Source: Dehalococcoidia bacterium (GTDB taxonomy: Bacteria; Chloroflexota; Dehalococcoidia; GIF9; UBA5629). Taken from it: a stretch of DNA of 64,000 bases. Positions 49,216 through 57,181 of this stretch are shown here, in pieces. The stretch's first letter is position 1. Each line of letters opens with the position of its first letter. The notes under the pieces are model-generated. The model saw only the letters and a program-made list of their open reading frames with translations. It was not told where the DNA came from and did no database searches. The stretch is from NCBI GenBank assembly GCA_050011565.1, contig JBEKIW010000002.1:160001-224000 (forward strand), read 5' to 3'. A program made the translations under genes and the position numbers.

Positions 49216-49245
49216 ATAATAGCACATTTTGGCCTGATTTGTCAA
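49216..49245 (-). promoter_or_regulatory. Sigma70 promoter TTGACA-N18-TATTAT
   Basis: Near-consensus hexamers ending 4 nt before the RNA stem. Confidence 0.65.
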
Positions 49246-49403
49246 ATCTCGTAGCTGGCAGCACGGTCAACCTTATACCGCAAACTTGAAACAGAATAAT
49301 ATTCCATGGGCTTCAACAAGATAGAAATTGGGGTTTAACCGGGCGGCGTCCCACGATGATTTTCTGCCGTGTTATGCGACAGGTGGAACGCTTATAAGCT
49401 TTT

Positions 49404-50648
49404 TTAAAATTTAAATCCCTTCTGGGTAAAGACCTTTATGCACGCATCCACCGCCTCCGGGGAATACAGTACACCCCTTTGTTGCAAGATTTCTAAAAGG
49501 GCTTCCTCTATGCTCAAGGCCGGACGGTAGGGGCGATGGGAGGCCATAGCTTCGACAACGTCAGCCACACTCATTATCTTTGCCTCAATTAGAATCTCGT
49601 CTCCGGAAAGCCCAAGAGGGTATCCGGAGCCATTCATCCTCTCATGATGTTGAAGGACTATCTGGGCTACAGGCCAGGGAAACTCTATGGTACTCAGCAG
49701 GTCATAGCCCACCTGGGCGTGGTCCTTGACCAGGTTGATTTCGTTTTGTCGTAAACGGCCCGGACGGCTAAGAATCTCCGCAGGCACATATATTTTGCCT
49801 ATGTCATGCAAGGTCCCGGCAACACGAACCCCTTCAATCTGGTTTTCGGAAAGACCGAGTTCTCTGCCAATGGAACAAGCCAACTTGGCCACGCGGTGTT
49901 GATGACCGGCTGTGTAGGGGTCTCTAATCTCCGTAGTCAGGGCGACGGCGTTGATGGCACCCTCAATAGCTCTTTGCAATCTAAGTGAAGTCTGCCTTAG
50001 CTCTTCGGCCGTCCGTTTGCGCTCACTGATATCACAGACAGCGCTCACTATTAGCTTTCGACCTCCCGACTCTATAATGAGGCTACTGATTTCCACCGGA
50101 GCTAAAGGTTTATTTTTGCAGACGTGAACTGACTCAAAAGTCAACTGGTTTTTTTCTATCAACTCAACAATCTTTGCCTTAACGGTCTCAACCTGCTCCG
50201 GAGCATTCAGTTCATAAAGATTTATCCGCAACAGCTCCTCTTCATCATAACCGTAAAACTGGCAAGCACGCTCATTAGCGTAAACGCACTTGCCTTCCAA
50301 GTCGTGAACGATGATTGAGTCGGTAGTAGCGTAAAAAAGCTGTGCATAAAACTCCACCTGTTCCTTCAATAGTTTTTGCCTGCCGCTAACACGGAGCAAG
50401 AACCATGAAACCACGGCTGCCGGGATAAGGAGAATTGTCAACGCCAGCACAAAAAGCTTGGTAAATATTGCGCCCCCGGTCACCTGAATATAGTCGGCAG
50501 AAATGAAAGGAAACGCCTGATAGTAGAATAAGGTCAAGGCCAAAACACCAAATGCGGCAACAGACAAGAATATAGTTATAAAGTATTCCAATGCTTGCCC
50601 GCGGTACCGGAGGCCTTTTGGAGATATTAATTGCGGCTTACGGCTCAC
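49404..50648 (-). CDS. Membrane PAS plus HD-GYP phosphodiesterase
   Basis: Two TM helices, PAS domain, RDPYTAGH, LHDIGK, HHERMNGSGYP. Confidence 0.92.
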   Translation of the reverse strand: MSRKPQLISPKGLRYRGQALEYFITIFLSVAAFGVLALTLFYYQAFPFISADYIQVTGGAIFTKLFVLALTILLIPAAVVSWFLLRVSGRQKLLKEQVEFYAQLFYATTDSIIVHDLEGKCVYANERACQFYGYDEEELLRINLYELNAPEQVETVKAKIVELIEKNQLTFESVHVCKNKPLAPVEISSLIIESGGRKLIVSAVCDISERKRTAEELRQTSLRLQRAIEGAINAVALTTEIRDPYTAGHQHRVAKLACSIGRELGLSENQIEGVRVAGTLHDIGKIYVPAEILSRPGRLRQNEINLVKDHAQVGYDLLSTIEFPWPVAQIVLQHHERMNGSGYPLGLSGDEILIEAKIMSVADVVEAMASHRPYRPALSIEEALLEILQQRGVLYSPEAVDACIKVFTQKGFKF

Positions 50649-50865
50649 GAATATCCTTTTTTAAACTGTCGACAATATTATCACTAACTTTAATGCCTGG
50701 TCAATTATAAACACAATGTGGACAGACTACCCCGCTATAGAATTTTTTAAAAGTTTTCATTTCAGTTACCTACAACTGCGCGGGAGAAAAAATCATGATA
50801 ACTTGAACCCGTTGAGTGTTGTAAGCCGGAAATCATCATGCTATAATGCCGATAGCTCGATAGCG

Positions 50866-50960
50866 GCTTTCCGAGCCTTTTGCCCTAAAGGAATAGCCAA
50901 GGGCATCGGCCGATAGGGTGCCACTGGAAACGGTGACGCCTCCCATCCTTGGAAAGGAGA
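50866..50960 (+). ncRNA. Moco/Wco RNA motif (riboswitch candidate)
   Basis: TTTCCGAGC...CCTAA...GGGTG.CACTG-GAAA-CGGTG.CGCCTCCC...TTGGAAAGGAG; promoter TTGTAA-N17-TATAAT at 50819-50847; upstream of tupABC. Confidence 0.85.
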
Positions 50961-50987
50961 GCAGAGTTGAAGGGTATCTTTTTTAGA

Positions 50988-51021
50988 AAAGGCGCCGTCA
51001 CAGAAGCGGCGTTTTATTTTT
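50988..51021 (+). terminator. Intrinsic terminator after the Moco motif
   Basis: GGCGCCG-loop-CGGCGTT followed by TTATTTTT. Confidence 0.55.
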
Positions 51022-51258
51022 GGCATAAAATCTGTCCATATTTATACGCTACATTTCTTAACTTTCTTCTAACCCCGCGTGACTTACTACTTTGTCTTTG
51101 CTATAATAAAATACCTGGCTGTTCCTGTCGCATTTGGCAGTTAACAACCACCAATAAATCGCCCCCTCTTCATCATAATGTCAGGCACTACAAATACTTT
51201 GTTGCTCGTATGCTTTAGAAAAATGTGTTTGATTCAAAAATCACAAGGAGTTTGAGAA

Positions 51259-52221
51259 ATGAATAAAAAAACTATTAAGATATCCTCGATATTAATTGCC
51301 GTAACGATTATCCTTTCGCTCTTAATTGGATGTGCACCGGCCACTCAGGCTCCGTCATCCCCGCAATATCCAGTTCATGCCCCCCTAACAAGGTTCAAAA
51401 TCGCTACCACCACCAGTCTTTACGACACAGGACTGTGGTATTATCTGGAGCCTATGTTTGAGAAATATGCTGATGTGGAAATGGATATCATTTACGCCGG
51501 CACGGGGATTGCACTCGAATATGGTAAGAGGGGTGATGTGGACGCGGTTGTAGTGCATGACCCTGCTGCAGAAGACCAGTTCATTGCCGATGGGTACGGA
51601 ATTAACCGAAGGTATTTTGCCTATAATTTCTTCCTAATTATAGGCCCACCGAACGACCCTGCCGGAATCAAAGGTTCAACCGCGACCGAAGCCTTTAAAA
51701 AGATATATGAGGCAGGTATAAAGGACCCGGATACCGTCAAGTTTGTCTCCAGGGGCGACAACTCCGGTACTCAATCCAAGGAAAAATTAATCTGGAGCAA
51801 AGCCGGCTTCAATTATGCTGATATTGAGAAGTCCGGAAAATGGTATGTAGAAGCCGGTCAGGGAATGGGGCCAACCCTGTTGATGGCCAATCAACAGCTG
51901 GCATACGTGCTGGCTGATATATCCACCTTCCTCGCCTATTCAAAGAAAAATAACTTGACCATTCAGCCTCTGGTAGAGCAGGACCCGGTGTTTCTTAACG
52001 TATATGCGGTTATGGCTATCAATCCAGAGAAGAACACGAATGCCAAGATCGATATGGCTAATAAGTTCATAAACTGGCTTATCTCTCCCGAAATTCAGAA
52101 TGTAATCGGAACTTATGGTAAGGCTGAATACGGCAGGCCACTGTTCTTCCCGCTGGCCGATGGCAGCTGCAATATGGAAGGTTGTCCCTCACCTGAAAAA
52201 TATTCTACACCGGTCCCATAA
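51259..52221 (+). CDS. tupA: Tungstate ABC transporter substrate-binding lipoprotein
   Basis: TupA signature ATTTS; SRGDNSGT; GQGMG. Confidence 0.92.
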   Translation: MNKKTIKISSILIAVTIILSLLIGCAPATQAPSSPQYPVHAPLTRFKIATTTSLYDTGLWYYLEPMFEKYADVEMDIIYAGTGIALEYGKRGDVDAVVVHDPAAEDQFIADGYGINRRYFAYNFFLIIGPPNDPAGIKGSTATEAFKKIYEAGIKDPDTVKFVSRGDNSGTQSKEKLIWSKAGFNYADIEKSGKWYVEAGQGMGPTLLMANQQLAYVLADISTFLAYSKKNNLTIQPLVEQDPVFLNVYAVMAINPEKNTNAKIDMANKFINWLISPEIQNVIGTYGKAEYGRPLFFPLADGSCNMEGCPSPEKYSTPVP

Positions 52222-52292
52222 CGGTTTAAAAAATGAAGGCCGCGGGGATTCGACGACATTGACGGCATAATCAGTTAAGGCGGTAGGCTGAA

Positions 52293-52979
52293 TTGATCGC
52301 AATATGGCAAGGGTTTCTAAAAGCAATTGAGCTTATCCTCACACTTAACCCTGAAGTTTTGGAAATTACTGCCAGAACGCTGGTCATCTCCATTTCATCA
52401 ACCACAATAGCCGGTATTATTTGTTTACCTCTGGGCAGCCTGATTCATTTCAACAATTTCCGTGGAAAGAGGACACTGATAAATTTGATACAGACCTTTT
52501 ACAGTGTGCCCACTGTGGCGGTCGGCTTGATTGTATTTCTGTTGTTCTCCCGGTCGGGACCACTGGGTTTCCTGGAGCTTCTGTTCACACCTCAAGTCAT
52601 GATAATAGGTCAGGTAATACTGATATCTCCAATAATGCTAGGTCTGGTGATAGTTGCTTTAAAAGGTGTGGACCAGGCCGCATATGAGACTGCGATAGCC
52701 ATCGGTGCCAGCCAATTCCAGGCGACGACAATAATCATAAGGGAAGCCCGATATGCCATTTACTCGGCCCTAATATTGGGATTTGGCAGAGCTATATCGG
52801 AAGTCGGTCTGGCTTTGATGGTAGGTGGTAACATACGCGGATATACCAGAGTAATGACCACGGCTATTTCTTTGGAAACGTCTAAAGGGGATATCGTGCT
52901 GTCTGTCGCGCTCGGGATAATACTCATCAGTATAGCGCTTGTTATAAATTTTTCTCTCAGTCGACTGCAGCAGAGGTAG
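52293..52979 (+). CDS. tupB: Tungstate ABC transporter permease
   Basis: FGRAISEVG...VGGNIRGYTRVMTTAI. Confidence 0.92.
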   Translation: MIAIWQGFLKAIELILTLNPEVLEITARTLVISISSTTIAGIICLPLGSLIHFNNFRGKRTLINLIQTFYSVPTVAVGLIVFLLFSRSGPLGFLELLFTPQVMIIGQVILISPIMLGLVIVALKGVDQAAYETAIAIGASQFQATTIIIREARYAIYSALILGFGRAISEVGLALMVGGNIRGYTRVMTTAISLETSKGDIVLSVALGIILISIALVINFSLSRLQQR

Positions 52980-52985
52980 TAATAG

Positions 52986-54068
52986 ATGGTTTTAGTGGAA
53001 ACTGTAAGCTTGAGACACGAATACGACGGACGCCCTGTCCTGATAGACGTGAATCTAAAGATAAACAGTGGCGAGGCCTTTGCTCTGATTGGCCCTACTG
53101 GCGCTGGAAAGACGACTCTGCTTAGGCTGCTTGACCTTCTGGAAATACCAACCTCAGGCAACATCTGCGTTAACGGTGTTGATGTTACCCACTCCCGTCG
53201 CCAACGGGCGGACACAAGGCGGCGGATGTCATTTGTGCAACAGAAGCCGTTAGTGTTCACCATGAGCGTCTATGATAACGTCGCTTGTGGTCTGAGATGG
53301 CGGCGAGAGGAGAAGGAGACCATTCACAGGAAAGTGGATAACGCGCTGGAATTAGTCAACCTGGCTGATTATAGAAATAGGAATGCCAAAACACTCTCCG
53401 GAGGAGAAACGCAGCGGGTGGCTATTGCCCGAGCCCTGGTTACAGAGCCGGAATTGCTCTTCCTGGACGAACCTACAGCCAACCTCGACCCTGTTTCTAC
53501 CGCTAAAGTCGAGGAGGTTTTAGCCCATGTAATTCGAGGGCGAAAGACGACCATAGTAATGGCAACCCATAATATGTCACAGGGGCAGCGTCTGGCTGAT
53601 AGAATCGGCGTGCTCATAGGTGGCGAAGTATTACAGATAGGCAGCCCAAATGAAATATTCTGTCTACCCACGAATATGGAGGTGGCTGAGTTCGTCGGCG
53701 TAGAAAACATCTTAAAGGGCGTGATAGTAGACAAAGAGGACAATCTGGTCACCATACAAGTGAATAGCAGCATCATACAAGCCATTTCTGACTATGAGAT
53801 AGGCGAGGCGGTCTATGCCCTGATAAGGCCTGAAGACGTAATATTTACACTGGCAAAAGGCAAGACCAGTGCCAGAAACGTCTTTGAGGGCAAAATAACG
53901 AAAATAGCCTCGGTGGGACCGCTGGTTAGAATTGAAGTAGATTGCGGGTTTCCGCTACTCGGAGTCATAACAAAAAGGTCAGCAGATGAGTTAGAACTTA
54001 AAGTTGGCGGCAGAATTCACGCCAGCTCCAAGGCGACAGCAGTGCATGTCATAAAAAGGTGGACTTAG
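52986..54068 (+). CDS. tupC: Tungstate ABC transporter ATPase with TOBE domains
   Basis: GPTGAGKT, LSGGE, LDEP; C-terminal SARN TOBE region. Confidence 0.9.
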   Translation: MVLVETVSLRHEYDGRPVLIDVNLKINSGEAFALIGPTGAGKTTLLRLLDLLEIPTSGNICVNGVDVTHSRRQRADTRRRMSFVQQKPLVFTMSVYDNVACGLRWRREEKETIHRKVDNALELVNLADYRNRNAKTLSGGETQRVAIARALVTEPELLFLDEPTANLDPVSTAKVEEVLAHVIRGRKTTIVMATHNMSQGQRLADRIGVLIGGEVLQIGSPNEIFCLPTNMEVAEFVGVENILKGVIVDKEDNLVTIQVNSSIIQAISDYEIGEAVYALIRPEDVIFTLAKGKTSARNVFEGKITKIASVGPLVRIEVDCGFPLLGVITKRSADELELKVGGRIHASSKATAVHVIKRWT

Positions 54069-54204
54069 CCTTCTCCCCAGTTTTATTCCTGCATATCGGG
54101 CGGGATTGTAGCCGATGCTCCGGGGTACCTCAATAACAAATCCTAAATCCCAAGCATCAAATCCCAAACAAATTCAAAGCACCAAATAACAATGATAGAA
54201 ACCC

Positions 54205-55335
54205 CTACAAATACGAGCCTATTGTGTCCAGGCAATTGCTTGTCCCGGTTCCTTCAATTATATCTCTGCTACCGCGCTCCCAGATAATATCGCCGCAGTC
54301 CTCCATAATCTCAAGGTGGGCTCTGATTTCGTTTTCCGCCAGTGATTTACCCATGCCGGCAAGCCGCGAAGGTGGAAAATGCTGGAGTACTATATCTTTT
54401 ATTTCAATCGGTTTATTATCAATAATTTTCAAGATGTCCCGGCATCGGTCAATATGAAACTGGATAATCTCCTTAGCCCGCTGGCAACTATCAAGCAGGT
54501 TGAATCGACCATTATAAAAAAGTCGATGGGCAGGAAAGGTAGCTTTAAGGGGTTGAGAGCGCAGATTGGCGATCTTGCTCAGAGACTTGATGTAGTTCAT
54601 TAGACCGTAGACATCATTTTTCTGCCGATATTCTTCCGGCAAAATCCGGTGATTGACCTTGAAGGCATATGCCAGAGAAGGCTGAGAGGTGATGTCCGGC
54701 AGCAAAGTATCGCCGGTAAAAATAACCTCGTCCTCCAGAACTATGCACAGCGAGTCAGGGCTGTGCCCCGGGGTAAATACGAAACTAAGTTCTTCGCCCG
54801 GCAGCTCCTGGCCATCAGTGATGGCAAAGTCAATATTCAGCGTACTTCTTGCCTTATGATATGGTAGACAATTCTTACGATAGAAGGCTTCCGGCATTCT
54901 ACAAACGCGGCAGGAACCAGGCAGCTCAGGATGTAGCGCGCCATCTGTTATGTGTGGGTGATACGAAATCATCTGGCGGTAAATGGTATGTGCCCATAAT
55001 TCAGCCGGCGCTGCCGAGATTATTTCAGCCACATTTCCATCGTGGTCTTCGTGGCTGTGGGTAACAACGATTCTCTGAATATCCGAAAATCTCTTGTCGA
55101 TCGACTTTAAAAGAGCTCCAAAAACGTCGAATTTCCCAAGCCGGCCGGTGTCTATCAGGGTAGTTTTCCGACCTGAGATTAAATAACACCAGGTCGGCCC
55201 AAGGTCCCAATCGGCATTGGCGTATATGTTAGGTACACCCAAACCAAAGACATCGGTCCCTTTGGCCGTCTTATAATGGATGACCATACCCTCTCCATTA
55301 TCTTTCCCTTTAACAATTACGTCCGGTGTCTTCAT
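54205..55335 (-). CDS. MBL-fold metallo-hydrolase
   Basis: THSHEDHDG, TPGHS, FTGD, PAH. Confidence 0.88.
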   Translation of the reverse strand: MKTPDVIVKGKDNGEGMVIHYKTAKGTDVFGLGVPNIYANADWDLGPTWCYLISGRKTTLIDTGRLGKFDVFGALLKSIDKRFSDIQRIVVTHSHEDHDGNVAEIISAAPAELWAHTIYRQMISYHPHITDGALHPELPGSCRVCRMPEAFYRKNCLPYHKARSTLNIDFAITDGQELPGEELSFVFTPGHSPDSLCIVLEDEVIFTGDTLLPDITSQPSLAYAFKVNHRILPEEYRQKNDVYGLMNYIKSLSKIANLRSQPLKATFPAHRLFYNGRFNLLDSCQRAKEIIQFHIDRCRDILKIIDNKPIEIKDIVLQHFPPSRLAGMGKSLAENEIRAHLEIMEDCGDIIWERGSRDIIEGTGTSNCLDTIGSYL

Positions 55336-55377
55336 GTTTAAGTAGTTATGACAAGTGATATTTTCCCAATATCTATT

Positions 55378-55722
55378 TTATGGCTCGACTTCAATACTTT
55401 CGATGTAAGATTCTTGTCCGCCAATCACATCAAGACCGGTACCCTGGCAATTAGGACAAATCCAGGCGGAATCGTTCGGATGGAAAACAGTCTGGCAAGC
55501 ACGACACCGCAGCTCTATCGGCACCAGTTTAAAATCAAGAGTTGCTTCCTCGGCTGCATTACCTTTCTTTAGAAAATCAAAGTAGAATTGAACGCAATCG
55601 CTGACGACCCCTGATAGTTCACCAATCACCAGATTTATCCTGGTGACCTTTTTTGCCTGAGCCGCTTTAGCCTGGTTCAAGACAATATCTAGTATACTCT
55701 GTGTTATAGATAACTCATGCAT
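55378..55722 (-). CDS. hypA: Hydrogenase nickel incorporation protein
   Basis: MHELS; CRAC...CPNC. Confidence 0.95.
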   Translation of the reverse strand: MHELSITQSILDIVLNQAKAAQAKKVTRINLVIGELSGVVSDCVQFYFDFLKKGNAAEEATLDFKLVPIELRCRACQTVFHPNDSAWICPNCQGTGLDVIGGQESYIESIEVEP

Positions 55723-55910
55723 TGTAATTAGCTAAGCAGATTTTTTAATGTCAACCTGTGAATTATAGGCTTTTTACGAGCGGCTTTTCAAAAATGTACG
55801 CCACTGTCCTTGACAAAACAGGGCGAAGTCGCTAAAGTCTCTAGCCATCTGCCCGGATTGCAGTATGCAATATGATTCTTAGTCGGATTAGATGTCCTCG
55901 GAGTCGTTAA

Positions 55911-56909
55911 ATGTTAATTGCGGTAGATGCTATGGGCGGCGACTACGCTCCCAGAGAAGTTATAAAAGGGGCCATTGAAGCAGCCAAAGAATTCCCAATA
56001 GACATCGCGCTAGTCGGCAATAAACCTGTCCTCGAGATGCTGCTTCGGCGTTACTCTAAAAAATTGAACCTGTCCATTATTGAGGCGAGTCAGGTCGTCG
56101 AGCAAGATGAAGACCCTGTACAAGGGATTCAGAGCAAACCGGACGCGACAATATGTGTCGGAGCCAGACTGGTAAGAGATGGCATAGCTGACGGATTCGT
56201 CTCTGCCGGCAGCACCGGGGCCGTGGTAGTCGCCTCATTTCTTAACCTGAAGATGATAGCGGGCATCGAGCGTGTGGCAGTTTGCGCCGTCGCCTATCTC
56301 AACCAACCTCAACCGAGCCTAATCATTGATGCCGGGGTTAACGTCAACTGTCGCCCCATCTTCCTAGTGCAGTTCGCCCAGCTGGCTAGTATTCTAGCTG
56401 AAAAGGTTATTGGCATAACTTCGCCGCGGGTGGGCTTATTAAATATTGGCTCAGAGGAACTTAAAGGCAACACCCTGGCTAAAGAGGCCCACCAGCTCCT
56501 AAAAAAGACCGACCTGAACTTCATCGGCAATATAGAAGGTTTTGACGTCCTGCAGGGGAAAGCCGACGTAATAGTAACTGATGGTTTTACCGGCAACGTT
56601 TTGGTCAAGACAATAGAAGGCTATTCGCAAGTAATACAGAGTTTGCTGGGGATGGGACAATCGGCCAAAATCGACCGTTATCTCACGGGTGCTGCCCTGG
56701 CCCAATATATACAGCTCACCTCGACTGTAAAAAATCTGGACTACAAAGAATACGGCGGAGCATGTCTCCTGGGATTGGAAGGGAACATCGTCATCGCGCA
56801 TGGCCGCAGTCGAGCTAAAGCCATCACCAGCGCCATCTACCTGGCTTATCATGCCGCGAGGCAGGGAATAGTTGAAGCCGTCAAAAACTGCTGCTACGCA
56901 TCCGAATAG
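55911..56909 (+). CDS. plsX: Phosphate acyltransferase
   Basis: AVDAMGGDYAP, SAGSTG, TDGFTGN, HGRS. Confidence 0.93.
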   Translation: MLIAVDAMGGDYAPREVIKGAIEAAKEFPIDIALVGNKPVLEMLLRRYSKKLNLSIIEASQVVEQDEDPVQGIQSKPDATICVGARLVRDGIADGFVSAGSTGAVVVASFLNLKMIAGIERVAVCAVAYLNQPQPSLIIDAGVNVNCRPIFLVQFAQLASILAEKVIGITSPRVGLLNIGSEELKGNTLAKEAHQLLKKTDLNFIGNIEGFDVLQGKADVIVTDGFTGNVLVKTIEGYSQVIQSLLGMGQSAKIDRYLTGAALAQYIQLTSTVKNLDYKEYGGACLLGLEGNIVIAHGRSRAKAITSAIYLAYHAARQGIVEAVKNCCYASE

Positions 56910-56967
56910 CACTTGTATAACGTACCACAATTACCCTCGACAGGCAGATAAAAAGGGGGTAAAAGCA

Positions 56968-57144
56968 ATTCCTATAATTAAGTTGGAGCCAGGGGTAAGC
57001 CAGGTTATCAAATCATTCCTTGCCGATAAAGGTATACAGCAGCCTGTTCGCATTGAGCTTAATTTTACCGGCTGCTGCGACGCATCACTTTGCCTGCGCG
57101 CGGACACTATCTTGGATACCGATTTCAGCGACATTAAGATTTGA
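56968..57144 (+). pseudogene. Truncated HesB/IscA-like protein, ATT start
   Basis: PVRIELNFTGCCDASLCL; ends early; AAGGGGG RBS before ATT. Confidence 0.55.
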
Positions 57145-57181
57145 CCTAAACTTTAAGAAATAAATTAAAGGGAGAGAGCAG

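Noticed and set aside
50949-51218. 89-aa ORF upstream of tupA
   Set aside because: It starts inside the RNA motif, crosses a terminator and has no protein-like features
57142-57144. TGA in the HesB-like gene as Sec
   Set aside because: The motif is already GCC, the TGA is not at a Cys position, and TAA follows after three codons
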